From positions 21,328,001 through 21,392,000 of the forward strand of contig JAGIQG010000022.1 in assembly GCA_024679065.1 (NCBI GenBank): a DNA stretch of 64,000 bases, read 5' to 3'. A program made the position numbers and the translations under genes. Shown piece after piece: positions 39,501 through 53,800 of this stretch; the stretch's first letter is position 1; each line of letters opens with the position of its first letter. The notes under the pieces were generated by a model. That model saw only the letters and a program-made list of their open reading frames with translations, did not search any database and was not told where the DNA came from. Source of the stretch: Sphyrna mokarran (taxonomy: Eukaryota).

Positions 39501-42500
39501 TCTCTGTTGAATACTAGCTTCCTTTGCCCTCCTGTACTAAGATACAATTCTTGTTTTTAAAAGAAAATTCTGACCGGTTCCCAGTTGGCATGTACCCACA
39601 GTGTAGGAAACTGCCTCTAAGTTATCACTGGATTTACACTATATCTTAGCTGTGCTTTATCATTTAAGATGAATTCCTGCTGTTAATATCAGTTGTTTCC
39701 GATGGCAAAATGTCAGCTTTTGATATCATGTCATTTTGATGAGGCCAAACATCTCTGGGTGAAATGTAATGAATTGAAGATGCAAGAATGATGGAGGCTG
39801 GAGCAAAGGTGTTATCTGAAATGCGAATTGATTGAAATTGCTCAAATCCAGCAAATATTATTTTAAAATGAAAATTAATGAAACCCAGTCAGGATTGATA
39901 ACTGATTTGGGAAACTATACTCAAACTGAACCACCATAGGAAAGCTTTAGTGTTTCCCTCATTGTAATGAATCGGAGCAAGTTTAAACAAATTTGTTTCA
40001 GGGTGGACTTGGGTAAGATACTCTTTCGGAAAGTCAGTGCAGGCTTGACTGGCCAAATGGTCTCCATCTGCACTATAGGGATTCTATGAACTCAGACAGC
40101 CCGGGAATCAAAATTTGGACGCTGTTTGACTGAGCAGCCCGGTTTCAAGTTGCACAAAGTATTTTTCTACTTTGCCATTGAGGTAATGATATGAATTATT
40201 TTAAATTGTGTTCTAACTCCTGTATTCAAGAAATAAAAGTGCTTTTGGACTGCTGCAAAGAAAAACCAGTGACCAAAGAGTTAATTAATCAAATGATGTC
40301 AGTGTCAAATATTAGGGTGTGTTGATTAGTTGTTTAGAATTGCTAGCATGAAGCAGGGAAGATATGAAACTTCTTTAGTGACTTAATTGTAGACTCATTT
40401 TTGTGGCTGATCAAGAGTTTAGTTTTACAGTAGTGAATGTGAGCAACAAATAGTCTCAAAGGGATCAATCATTGCATAATCGTTCTCTGCCTTCTCCTTC
40501 ACTGGTGTTTATTTTCCAAGAGAACAGGGTTGGAGCAGCAAAAATCTTTAAAGCAGCCCAGTTTTAAATTGAGCAGAAAATAGTCATCGACATATTTGTT
40601 AATATTACCTAAGCCATTAGTCTGGATGGTTGGGCTGCTTCTTCAACAAGAGAAGTATCATTAGGAGCATAAAATACATTCAGTCCAGTTTGCCCTGCTT
40701 GTACATTTACAATTCCTGATGCATGTTCAAGTACCTGCATCTCCGGCTTTCTTTTCCTTATGCATCCATTCACATTCGTCAGTGCTATACTTGACTTGAC
40801 ATGCCGTTCTGCGTTAGGGCAGGGTTGTGGTCAATCTTTTTCATAGCCGCACTTCCCATAGTACGATGATGAATTTCAGTAGAAGCGAAAGACTCGTCAC
40901 TAGAAATCCTTTTATCTCCTCTCATTTTCCAGTTATAGCACCTCGTTTACAGCATCAAGTGCTCCTGATCAAGTATAAATAGAGCAGATGCAGGTCAATC
41001 TTCCTCTGCTCTTCAACAACCTACATTATATCCAAAATGAAAAGAGCCTCGCCGCCCCAAAGTGAACTCTTCTTTAAAGATTAAAAATGCAATTAGTGTG
41101 GAATTGTTTTCCGTTATGCACTTTGGACCTTACGCCGTCCTGGAGTTGAATTAGGGCTCTGTGTAAGTTCACTGTTAAAGATCTAAGTGGCCACAGTGGG
41201 TTTTTTAAAGAAATATTTTGTTCATCATTTTGTGGCATCATACAGGCACTCGGTATTTTGCAAGTTCAGTACTCTCAGGCAAGATCTGACCTGTTTTAAA
41301 GCAGATGTCTTCCACTGACTTGGTCACAGCCATCAACTGGTAGTCCTTTGTCCCCAGAGATGATTGTAACAGCTTTGGGGAACTGATGGCTAAAGTCTTG
41401 TATACTGGGTAATTAGCAATATCTTTGCAGGAGAACGTTTTGCATAATATGTAAACATGAAAAGATTTACTTCTGATAATAATCAGATACGAACAGAATT
41501 TCCTCTTCAGTGTTAGTGGGTAACCTGCAATCTGCTTGAAGAAGAGATTAGGACATTTAAAAGCAGCAGCAGAAATAGATTTTCCATGTATTTCAAATGG
41601 AAAAAAAAGGAAAATCTCAGGGTTAATTTTCAACTTTGCTGTTGGGCAAAGTAATCCTATGTTAATATTGGTGGAATGAAATTCAATTTGGTTCTGTAAA
41701 AAGTGGGGGATCTGTTCAGTAAGGTTGCTGTCCAGGTGAGAGTTGCAAATTATGCCTTCAGTCAGTTGTGGGAACAATCCCAGCTCCATAAGCCTGACGG
41801 CATTGTAGACCAATGGAAATGAGTAAACTGGTACTCAATATTTGCTCTGTGACTTTCATTTAATTTGAATTCTAGTTGTATTGCTACATTGGGCTTCCTG
41901 ACCTCTGCAGTCCACTCCGAGTCCGTTTTTGTAAGGCAGAAGGATTTGGCAACATGAGCAATAGCAGTGTATATCTCAGACTATGAAGGTCGTAAGACCA
42001 GCTTGTGGGCCTCAGTAAACGGAGGGGTCAATGTGCTGAAGGGGCTAGCTCTGCACTCTGAATGTAAAGGCAAATGTTTTTGCTGTCCTTAAACCGGATG
42101 AAACTTTGTACAGATGTAGAAGCAATTTTAATGAGATGCAAGCATGCAAAACCTCCTGGGAACATCATGCTAAAGTACTGAGCAGCACTCGGCAGATGCT
42201 TTCTACTGTGTGAAAATAAACCAAACTGAAATTTATTTCTGTTTTTAATGTGAAGAGCACAAGTTTCAGGAGTGTTGTACTTTTCTTTTGAGATGAGAAA
42301 CCTAAGGTTTGAGCCCCATAATGCAGAACACGGTCAAGGTTGAGAAGAGTAGAACAGATGATGAGAAAGTCTATATGCTGTATAATCAAGTTGCAGTTCT
42401 GGTATTCGGATGACAATGCAAGAGAACTGAGTTTAATAATGCAAATATACTTAGCACTATGAGACTCCATATAAATATTAAACTTACTGCTTGTCAGTAG

Positions 42501-43559
42501 ATATTAAAAAAAAATGTGCTTGGTACCACCAAACTTGGGTATTTAAAATGCATTATAGATGTGAAAAGAGAACTGGTTTGAGGGAAATACTGGGAGTTCC
42601 TGGATAAGATGAGCAGTCAAGTCTGAAAAGTGTTGAGCTAGACTTTTTGGTTTTAGCAAAATTAGAGTTCCTAAAGGAGCGTAAAAGAGTATGGAGAGCC
42701 CAGTGAGAGAGAAATTATGACGTTCAGGCGGCTGATTATAAAAATGAGACAAAGTGTCAAATATGAATTCATGGAACATTATTTCTGTCTATTTTGCATA
42801 TTGATGTTTTTTTTTTCCCCCACTGTTCCTCAATTAAATCCAACAGAATTCTTTTGAAAATGGGAGTGGAATATTTAAGTGCTAATTTTGGTTAATAGTC
42901 TCTAAGCGCTCAATAGTCATCGTCCCATATTGTGGTGTCATGCAGCTTTAAATGAGGCTGATCATTCTGTTTGCAAACGTTGCACAGCTGCGAGGTGAAA
43001 GAATTGACATCTCGTTGCTCTGTTATTAAAGGGAAACACGGTGGAGACACTGAGAATGTCAACTGTATCACACAGAGAAATTAATTGCCAAACTTTTCAT
43101 CAACTGAATAGGACTAAATATAGTGGCAGTATTTGTTTTGACTCTCTTGGCAGCTCAAAATGACATAAATTACACTTGATGTCATCAGTTTAAACCCATT
43201 CTAATCTCTTGATGCAGGGCCTCAATGAATGGTGATCAGAATGTGGTATTGTTAAGTAACAGATTTACTGAAGGGCACCTGATATCTTTTTGTGTTGCAT
43301 GTCGAAATGGCCATATTACTATGATTCAGAAAAGTGGTCACATCATTGTTCACTATGAAACATTAAAGGATAGGGTCTCGTGGGTGCCAGCCCTGTTCCT
43401 CAGCTGTACGGACTGAGGCTAGAAGCTGTGTGACAACCTTAGACCTAGAAGCAGTAGAGGAAGGAAAAGTTATATTTTTTTAAAAAAAGATTTGTTGAAT
43501 CTGTAATTGTTTTTAAGAATTCTTTAAGAATGTTTTAAGAGGCCCATGTAATTATAGAA

Positions 43560-43850
43560 ATCTGTTCAGCCCACCAAGTCCAACAATTCCACCCCAGACC
43601 CTATGCCATAACCCGACACATTTACCCTGCTAATTCCTCTAACCTACACATCCTGTGACAATAAGGGGCGATTTAGCGTGACCAATCAACCTAATCTGCA
43701 CATTTTATACTGTGGAAGGAAAATAGAGCACCTGAAGGAAACCCTCACAGACACAGGGAGAAGCTCCACACATATCCAAGCTGGGAATCACACCTACATC
43801 CCTGGAGCTGTAAGGCAGCAGTGCTAACTACTGTGCCACCATACTGCCCA
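43560..43850 (-). mobile_element. V-SINE/HE1-like SINE
   Basis: ggggcgatttagcgtgaccaatcaacctaatctgcaca...aggcagcagtgctaactactgtgccacc. Confidence 0.8.
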
Positions 43851-45074
43851 ATTGCATCAATTGGAAGTGAATCAATTAGAACTTTCTCGGATAATAAGAA
43901 ATACTGCTTGGTGTGATCAGTGACATTGATCTGGAAGCAGCATCAACAGGAAGTAAGTTAAGAAAGAGCTGAGTGGCTACAGAAACTAAGGAGAGCTGGA
44001 GAGACAAAAGGAAAGTTACAAGCAGAGGAGTGGGATGGTGAAGGTGATCAACATGCAGACAAACGCAAGGGGAAGATAGACAGACAGAAAGAGGAACACC
44101 AAGAATTACTATGCAAAGAAGAAGCAAGTTATCTTCAGGAAAAGATCTGCTTTTTTGTTAGTAGAAAAGGAGAGCAGAATCCTTGGAGGTACTGTGAGAG
44201 CTATGCTTTATCCATAAGTGGCCAAACTATGAACCATGATTATACTGATTTGGTCTGTTGAAAAGGAACTTTGGCAATCTATACCATTGGGACTATCCTG
44301 TCTCGAAAGAGAGAAGGTTCGTAGAATTCAGTCTTGCTGATGGTAATCATGCCTGTGAAATTGGAAGCTGAAAGCTGATGTCACTAAGAGCTCCTGACCT
44401 ACCCTGCATGAATAAAGAACAACATATTGTGAAGCTACATGGTGTCACGTTTGAGTGGGGGGTAATGAAAGTATTAGCAGTTGTGTAAGACAGATCTTTG
44501 TTATGTAGACTATTTAAACTGAAGTTTACCTGATTATTTGAAATATCATTTGCCTAATAATGTACTATTTGCATTATTTTGATTTGCTTTAAGTAAAAGC
44601 TACAAAAAATGGAATATTTTTCGTTATTGCTTCATTTTGGGGGGAGTTATTCATTAAATTGGGTTATTTTGATTTACTTGACTTACTTGCAAGAAATCTT
44701 GGTCTGAGCCCTATTAACTGAACCCAGCAGATCAGGATCGCAATTGGCTATGGCTCATACAGGGCTTCCTGTCCAGTGACATCAGGCAAGAGCAGCATTT
44801 CAGCTTTGACCTTGCAACCTGAGTCTTCCTTGATACAGTTGAATAGCCAATCTAGGTTCCGATGTGAAGTGTGGGTACCTGTGCGAGATGGTATAGAGAC
44901 CAATATCCCATGTGGAGAGTTGTGTTTTCAGGAAAGGACAGAAGTAATGGTGTCGTAGGTGGATGCCCAAGTGCTAGTAGGCTGTCAAATTGATGTCTCT
45001 AATGATTGTATGTCCAAAATTTGTACAGAGTTTTTATTGCTGTGTTTTAAGTAGAAGTATTTATTTTATTGCAG

Positions 45075-45229
45075 GCACCCCAGAGCTGAGTCCAGGTGAG
45101 CGAAAGGAGTTGGAAACAAAATTGAAGGAAAGAGAAGAATTTTTATTGCCCATATACCACCAGGTTGCTGTGAAGTTTGCTGATCTTCATGACACACCAG
45201 GCCGCATGCAAGAGAAAGGAGTCATTACG
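45075..45229 (+). CDS. ACACA: ACACA coding exon (155 nt): (G)[51 protein letters not shown]
   Basis: Acceptor ttttattgcAG, donor ACG|gtgagt. Contains the [11 protein letters not shown] motif and follows an 18.7-kb intron. Confidence 0.97.
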
Positions 45230-45419
45230 GTGAGTGAACTACCCTACTCCACTTACTCCATACTTCAAGATGAAGCCTTTTTGTAAACTGAGCACCCCAC
45301 TAGCACCAATATCAATAGGCAGCATATTGTCGACGTTTGCCAGAGAAATAGGAGTTAGGATGTTCTCTTGAGGTACAATTCTCTTTTAATTGGAGCAAAT
45401 TGAAAGTAGTTGCTTAAAA

Positions 45420-48400
45420 CTTTATTCACTAGCAGCATTGTTGCCTATCATTCATTGTTCTCGATTGGTGGTGAGCCACCTTCTTGAACTGCTGAGGTCG
45501 TTGTGGTGGAGGCACAGCCGCAAGAAGGAATTTCCAAGATTTTAGCCTAGATACAGTGAAAGAGTAGTGATTATTTCCAAGTCAGGATTGTGTGTGACTT
45601 GGAGTGAAACTCGCAGTTTACACTCCTGTTGCTCAAAGTGGTGCAGGTCATGGGTTAGGAATGTACAGTTGAAAGAGCTTTGGCAAGGTACTGCAGTACA
45701 TTTTGTAGATGGTACATTGTAATACTATGCACCTTTGATGGAGGGGGGAACATTTAAAGTGGTGAATGGGGTGCCAACCAAGTGGACTACTTTGGTGCCA
45801 AACTTCTTGAGCTTTGTTGGAGCTGCATTCATCCAGTGGATAGTAGGACATAGAACATTACAGTGCAGTACAGGCCTTCGGCCCTCGATGTTGCGCCGGA
45901 ACTAATCTCATGATCCTCTAACCTAAACTATTTCAATGTTATCCATGTGCCTATCCACTGATCATTTGAACGCCCTCAAAGTTGGCGAGTCCACAACTGC
46001 TGCAGGTTGAGCATTCCATGCCCTTACTACCCTCTGAGTAAAGAACCTACCTCTGACATCCGTCCTATAACTACCACCTCTTAATTTAAAGCTATTCCAT
46101 CACACTCCTGACTTGTACCATGGGAAGTCAGAAGGTGAGTTATTTGTTGCAATACTCCCAGCCTTTGCCCAGTTCTTGTATCTGCACTATGTCTGTTTGT
46201 CTCATTAAGTTTCTGGTCAGTGATAGCCCCTATAGTTTTGATGATGGGGATTCAACAATGTAAAGCTGTTGCACATCAAGGGGAGTTGGTTATTGTTGGA
46301 GTGGTCATTGCATGACACCTATGTAGCATAAATGCTTCTTTCCTCATTTCATCAAGGAGATAAAAATGAACAGTGCATTATCGTCAGCCACATCCTCTCT
46401 TCAGAGCTTGTGGTGAGGTTCGAGTTACTGATGAAGCAGCTGAAAATGGATGAGTCTCACTCCTGGGGCTGAGACGATTTGACCTCCAACACTAACTATC
46501 TTCCTTTTGTGTGAGGTGCAACTCTTTCCTTGGAGGGATTCCCATTGATATCAATTTACTCAGACTCCCTGATGTAACACTTAGTCAAATGCTGTCTTTA
46601 TTTTCAAGGGTAGTCATTCTCCCCTGTACCCTTATTGTCCACATTTGGACCAAAGCTGTAATGAAATTTGGAGGCAAGTGGTCCAAACTGAGCATTGATC
46701 AGCAGGCTATTGCCGAATAAGTACTGCTTTTAGTCCGTTGACAACATCTTCCATCATTTCGCAGAAGATTGAGAAGAGAGTTACGGGACAATAATTGGCC
46801 AGATTGGATTAGTCCTGCTTGTTGTGAACAGGACACTGCCAAACAATTTTCTGCATTGTCAGTGTAAATGCCAGTGCTGTAACTATTACAACAGCTAGGC
46901 TAAGAGAATGGTGAATTCTGGCGGACATAATATCCCAATATAGAGCTGAAGATGTCAGGATTATTGCTGTGCCTAGTGCACTGAGGGTGTTCTTCATCAT
47001 GTAGGATGAATCAAATGCACTGAAGACTCTCAACTGGAGACCTCAGGAGGAGGCCAAGATGAATTATTCACTTGACAAATATTTCAGCATCATTCTTCGC
47101 ACTGAGATGCTGTGCTTCATCATCATTCAGGATACAGATATCTATGGACCCTCTTTCTTCAATGGTTGGTTATTTGTTGATCACCAATTGTTCATAACTC
47201 AATGTGGCTGAACTGCCACAGGACTCCATTGGTCATGGGATCACTTAACTCTCTGCCTATAGCAGGTACCATTTGCTGTTTAACATTTAACTTTGTGCTG
47301 TAGCTTCATTGGGTTGGTACCTCATTTTAATTATGCTGTGGTACTTCTCCTGGCATGCTTCTTTACAGTACATTGAACCAAAGTTGGTTCTTTGACAATA
47401 TCATAATAGTAGATTGTAGGGTATATTAAGACATGAGTTGCAAATTGTTGTTGAATACAGTTCTGGTCATCAGCATCTGTTGACTCCAGTATCGCTTGGT
47501 TTCCTTCATACCACACTTGGTCAAATACTGCTTTGATGTTGAGGGCAGTCACTCACCCTCACCTCATCTCCCCTCACTTCATGATCTGAGCTGTTCTGTG
47601 TATGTTTGGACCTGTAACCCTGTAATGAGATCAGGTACTGAGTGGCCCTGGCCGAATCCAAACTGAGCATCAGTGAGCAGATCATTTGTGAGTAAGGGCT
47701 GCTTGATAGCACACTTGACAATGTCTCCATCACTTTGTTGATTGAGAGCAGACTGATGTAACAGTAATTGGCTAGGTCTAGCCTTATGTGGATATAAATG
47801 CTGAGATAATTTTCCACCTTGACAAGTAGGTGCCAGTGTTGTAGCTCTACTGAGCAACTTGGCTAGGAACACAGCTAGTTTTGGAGCACGAGCCTTCAGC
47901 ACAATCGCCAAAATGTTGTCAGATCCCATAGCCTTTGCTATATCCATTGCCTTCAGCCATTTCTTGATAAATGGGTGGAATGAGTTGAATTGGTTGAAGA
48001 CTGGAACCTGTGATTCTGAGGACCTTCAGCTAATTTGATTAGAATTATTGTTATGTGTTAGTATACAGTGAAAAGTATTGTTTTTTGCGTCCTTTGTAGA
48101 CCAAGCATACCGTACATAGGGAAGAAAAGGAGGGTGCAGAATATAGTGTTAAAGTCATCGTGTAGAGAAAGATCAACATAATATGAGGTAGATTCATTCA
48201 AAAGCCTGATAGCAGTAAAGAAGAAGCTGTTCTGGAGTTAGTTGGTACATGACCTCAAACATTTGTATGATGGAACATTCACCCAGCACTTATGACTGAA
48301 GATTGTTTCAATACTTGTTTTTTGCGTGCATGTGCAAGACTCCCCGATCATTGAGAATAGAGAGATGTGTGGAGCCTCCTTCTTCAGTTAGTAGTTTAAT

Positions 48401-49270
48401 GATCACTCTATTCATGATTGGATGTGACAAGACTGCAGAGCATAGCTCTAATCGGTTAATTGTGAGAGTGCTTAGCTCTGTTGCATAATTCGTCTGCTCT
48501 TTGGTAAGAAAGTAGTCCTGTGTCGTAGCCTTATTTTAGGTGGTGCTCCTGGAATGCCCTCCTTCATTGAACCAGGGTTAATTAACTTTGGCTTGATGGT
48601 TATGGTAGAATGGGGGATATGCCAGACCATGAAGTTACAAATTGTGGTTGTATGCAATTCCGTTGCTGTTGCTGGTCCATAGTGTCTCATGGATGCCCAG
48701 TTTTGAGTTGTTAGATTTGTTTGAAATCTATTCCATTTAGTACAATCACACAACACTATGGAAGGAATCCTTAATGACAAGATGAGTTTTTGTCTCTACA
48801 AGAACTGTGCAGTTGTCACTACTTCCAATATTGTCACGGACACATGCATCAGCAAAAGGTAGATTGGTGAATATGAGATCAAGTAGGTTATTCTCTCTTG
48901 TTGATTCCCTCCTCACCTGCTGTAGACCAGTCAAGCAGCTTTGTCCTTCAGGACTTCGCCTTGGGCCAGCTCAGTCAATAGTGATGCTACTGAGCCATTC
49001 TTGGTGTTGGACATTGAAGTCCCCTACTCAGAGTGCATTCTGCATTCTTGCCACCCTCAATGCTCCCTCCAAATGATGCTCAACATGGAGAAGTTTTGAT
49101 TCATCAGCCAGCAGTACATAGTAAGCAGCAGGGGATTTCCGTGCCCATTATCAAGCTGATTTCAATACACTTTATGGAATCTGGAGTCAAGGCCAAGAAC
49201 TCCCAGGGCAACTCCCTCTCAACTACATACCATGGCGCCACTGTCACCACCACTGCCCCCTGTCCCGGTC
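45420..49270 (-). mobile_element. Decayed CR1-group (L2/Zenon-like) LINE or LINEs with nested fragments at about 45850-46095 and 48030-48270
   Basis: Endonuclease remnant STRENNLLDLIFTN...IGSSDN (48746-48934). RT remnants KAMGSDNILAIVLKARAPKLA, LLTDAQFGF and ALNIKAVFDQVWYEG (47331-47947). Confidence 0.8.
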
Positions 49271-49642
49271 ATAATTTCATGATCACTATTTCTGAGAAAA
49301 GCTTTTTATTCCAGATTTATTTAATTAATTGTATTTAAATTCCCTTAGCTCTATCGTGAGATTTGAAATTGCATCTCTAGAGTATTAGTTCAGGTCTCTG
49401 GATTATTAGTCCTGTACCATTATCCCTATGCTACTATTCCCTTTAGAGTCTAATGCATGTTAGTGTGTAGATTGTAAAAAGGGCATCCTGCTGAACCGCT
49501 TGATGCACTGTGTTTCAAGTGGGCATTATAATTAAATTGGCATGATCCAGGGAACTACTTGGAAGGAAACAGTGAAGCGTGTTAAATGTTCGGCCATATT
49601 CGTTATGGTTACTGATATTGAGCCTGCAAAGGAATTGAAATA

Positions 49643-49855
49643 TGGAAATCTACAAAAAAAAGATGCTGGATAATCTCAGCAGGTCTGAAGGCATCTTTGG
49701 AGAGAGAGTAAAGTTAACATTTCAAGTATGGATGACCCTTTGTCAGAGCTCTGGTTCTTCTCTCTCTCCACAGGTGCTGTCAGACCTCCTGAGATTTTCC
49801 AGCATTTTTCTGTTTCTGTTTCAGATTCCAGTATCTGTAGTATTTTGCGTTTATC
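49643..49855. mobile_element. Penelope-derived foldback element (short)
   Basis: Inverted arms atgctggataatctcagcaggtctgaaggcatctttggagagaga / tctctctccacaggtgctgtcagacctcctgagattttccagcat. Related copies lie at about 51600-51740, 52640-52880, 54435-55211 and 56450-56575. Confidence 0.7.
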
Positions 49856-50670
49856 TTGTGGCAATCTACAGTCTAGTTGGTGGAAGTGGAGGGATAGGAT
49901 GGTAGGGCGTTGCTTGGCTGTTGCTCAGAGTCGCCCCAACCCATATCTTCCTTAGCACAGGCTGATTACAACATAGGATTAGATGAAGTTATGATTTAAT
50001 TCTGAAATCACAAATAATTACCTTACAACTTGTAGTTCTTAGCATGTGTTGTAAAATTGAAGACAAAACCAAAAGAAAGTGGAGACAACAACTAGTTAAA
50101 ATGCATCTTTAAGAGTGTTCTGTGTTTGCAAGTTCCTGTGTGAGCTGCATTAACATCATTTATTGTGTCCACTCCAGTTGGATGCAAGACATATTCACTT
50201 TATTTAATAAATTGTCACTTAGTATGAAAAATGTAGCAAGCATTAATTTGGGGAATTGGGTTGCCGTGTGCTGCTTAAAATCTGTTAATGACACAAATAA
50301 GCTTCTGAAAAAAGTTAACCTGATTAGTTTTTATACACATATCTGTCTCAGCTATTTGATTGTTCTGTATGTTTCCTGATCTATAAACAATGGTGCTTAT
50401 CCTAGTTTTAGCAGAAATCTTGAGAAAATGATTAGGAAATAATATTGAGATGCAGTCCACTCCTCAGTCTGACCTCATGCCTTGCCGTCAGATAACATTT
50501 AGGAGTGGACTGTATGGGCCGCACATTGGAAAACTAACTGCTTGGATCAGGATCCATGAGTCTGAATGAAGAGTTTGAAATTGAGATTTAATGAAGTGTA
50601 CTGAAGTTTTCTAGTTTGGAATTCTGATTGTTGAAAGTAGCATATAATTTGGTTTCTCATTTAATGACAG

Positions 50671-50841
50671 GATATCTTGGATTGGCCGACTTCACGTACA
50701 TTCTTCTACTGGCGCCTGCGCAGATTGCTCCTGGAAGACACCGTGAAGAAAAAGATTCTGCATGCAAACTCGGAGCTCACTGATGGACAGATTCAGGCAA
50801 TGCTGAGGCGCTGGTTTGTTGAGGCTGAAGGAGCTGTGAAG
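50671..50841 (+). CDS. ACACA: ACACA coding exon (171 nt, phase 0/0): [57 protein letters not shown]
   Basis: Acceptor taatgacAG, donor AAG|gtaggt. [15 protein letters not shown] is ACACA-type rather than ACACB-type. Confidence 0.97.
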
Positions 50842-53800
50842 GTAGGTTTCCTGGGAGCTGTGACTTGTACTTTCTGTTACAACCTGCTACAAGAGCAGGT
50901 CTGCACAATAAGAGTCAACCAAAGATGCACAGCAGAGATACTGAACATTAATTGTCCTCTCCAGGAAGGATGTATTTTGAGAATTGAGTTATTGCATTTT
51001 GATTACATGCCCTACCCTACATCCCTTCACGTTACCAGTGTAGACCATACAGTTTAAAAATTCGGATTTTGTATTTTACAAGTCAGGAAATCAGCAATTT
51101 GTTTCCTGAATCAGCAGAAAATCAAATAATCCGGCTGTCAACGAAAGAGAATTTAAAAAGTCAAGCACGTGTGTAACAGGGAGAAAACAACTTCCATAGC
51201 ACACAATACGCAGCGAGAAATTTCAGAATGTTTCACAGGATGGAAGATGATGGAGATGAGTGTCTGAAACCGCAGGAACCCTGTTTTGTGTAACTAATCC
51301 CGGATTTGTGCTGTACTTATGATCAATTTCTGATGGCAGAATGGGAACTGATCCAAGGAGAGTAAAGGCCTGGGTAAAGGTCACAGGGAGATTCTTGAGT
51401 AGGTTTCTGAAGGCCAGAATGGTGGAGGGAAGAGTGGGGCGAAGCAGATGAAATCAAAAACAAGTAAACCCACAGAACCAACAAATAAAGCAAATTGGAA
51501 CTAAATGCAAGTGTACGTGGCTCCCTGTAGACCACTGGGGGTGGAGGAGGATGTTGTGGTGAGTACATTTCTTTGACAGAAAATAGGCACTATCATACCA
51601 TAGGCAAAAGACTGTGGGTGCTGGAAATTTGGAAATAAAATGGAAAATACTGGAAACAACTCACAGGTCCAACAACAACTATGGAGAGAGAAACAGAGTT
51701 GATACTTCAGGTTAATGACTTTTCATTAGAGCTAGAACTGAATATAATAAAGTGAGGAAGAAGGCGACCCACACAATAAACTAAAGTATGAAATCCAATG
51801 ACAGATTAGAACTAGGGCATCTGAGGAGTTGCTTTCCCTGTCAAGGGACAGCACAATAGCAGTTCCCTGGGACCACAGCCTCCCAAGATATAATACAAGG
51901 TGCTCCCATAGGAGAGAAATATAATTATGAAAAGACAGAGTTGATTTTAGGAATGTTTGTACTTAGCAAGGCAAGTAGTGCGAGTCCTTGGAAGTGAACC
52001 ATTTGTAACATTTTGCACTGTGAGCCCATGTATTGAACAGCTACTTGTAGGTTTAAAGGTAGTGTGGTTAAGCTTCAGGGTATTTGTTTCTGTCACACAT
52101 TTGAACTTTTCCATTTTATGCATCAACCGCTCATGTAGGGAAATGTTAAATTGTCCAACGTTGTTATTCTTCTTTAAAAAAAAGTAATTCAGTCAAAACA
52201 TTAACTTTTTAAAAATGCCAGAACAATGATGTGCAGGAGTGCTGACATATTCAGGGTCAAAGGTGCTGAATTATTTGGCAGGATTAGTATATATCTGTTA
52301 CCATCAGAAATTACAAAGCCAAGGACAGGAATTGTATACAATCTGCTCCTGTTAATTTGATTTGAGTCAATTATCTGATCATTCAAGTTTTTAAGCACTT
52401 AAGTTCCCACTGTGCTGTTAATTTATGTTCATTGGATAATTTGAGATTTTGATGCAAAATATCAACTTCTAAACAATGGTGTCACACTTGATCATTGAGG
52501 CATAAGAAGACATAGTTAAATAGATGGTGAAAGTAAAAGTTCAGAAATGAGGAACAAATAGTTCTAATTTGTATTTTTCTATGATCTAACAAGGATGTCA
52601 AAACCAGATCCATTACTTAAAGTTTGATGAGAAATGCGCAGACATTTCAAGTCCAGATGACCTTTTGTCAAAGTTAAATCTGGGTAGAATCTTTCATTCC
52701 CTCACCCCGCAGTAAAAAATATCTCCCACTTTCAATGCCTTTCAGCTTTGACAAATGGTCATCTGAATTCAAAACGTCAGTCTTTTCTCTCCTTACAGAT
52801 GCTGTCAGACCTGCTGAGATTTTCCTGCATTTTCTGTTTTTATTTCAGATTCCAGCATCCACAGTAATTTGCTTTTATTATTTAAAGTTTGACAATGTTT
52901 ATGTTATTTGGATGTTCCTTCAATGCTAACAGGGTTTGCTCTGTGCTCCTCCCAATACAGTCTCAAGTTATTCAGGAGAGTGAGACTTTATACCAATGGA
53001 AATTCTTTGTTTCTATGAGGCTATGTACAGTAGAGCTGCAAGTGTCATTGGAGCACTCGTGATACTTTAAGAGTCAGTTGTTTATATATATTTTTTTATA
53101 TATATAGTTTGTGCTTGCAAGCAAGTAAACATCAGGGTTTTAGCTTGACATTGAAGGCATAAAAAGCCTTCCTAAAAATCAAAATTTGCAAAGTGGGGCA
53201 ATTTCAGTAAAAAGAAATAAAACTAGTTCCAATTAAATTGCATAGTAAAGATCAAAGGGGCCAAGTCAAATCCAGAGTGCTCTCTTATCCTCACACTGCT
53301 CCAGTAGCTCCTCCAGGGACTAATAACTGATGAGGTGTCTGACATAAGCAAAATCAAAATAAGAAAATAAAGTTCTAAACTTCAGGAACAAAAGAAAAGA
53401 CTGTCCCAACCTTGCTCTTAACATTGCTTCAAATGTCCATTAACACACAAAGCAAAAATACTCTGGAGCCACGCCAACCTCCCCAGGTAGAAGGTGCTCT
53501 CGATGCAGGCATTTTGTTAACTAATACTTACAATAATCAACTCTGATTATATTAAGCTACAATTAATCTGCACCCTGGAATGTGTTGATAGGAAGTGGCA
53601 TGCTGTTACTTAATTAAAACCAAAAGGATTAAAAATATTAATGGTATTAAATATTCTCCTAAACCACAAGCGCTGGAATTCTTGGCTAAATCTGCTCTTC
53701 TAATGCAAGCTTAAAATGAACAGTCATTTACATCCTTTGAATCTTCAACCTCACATGCCAAGTATTACTTTGTTTAAGCTTATGACAAGATCACACCATG

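Noticed and set aside
53327-53356. CTGATGA hammerhead-like start
   Set aside because: No correctly placed GAAA and no closing stems.
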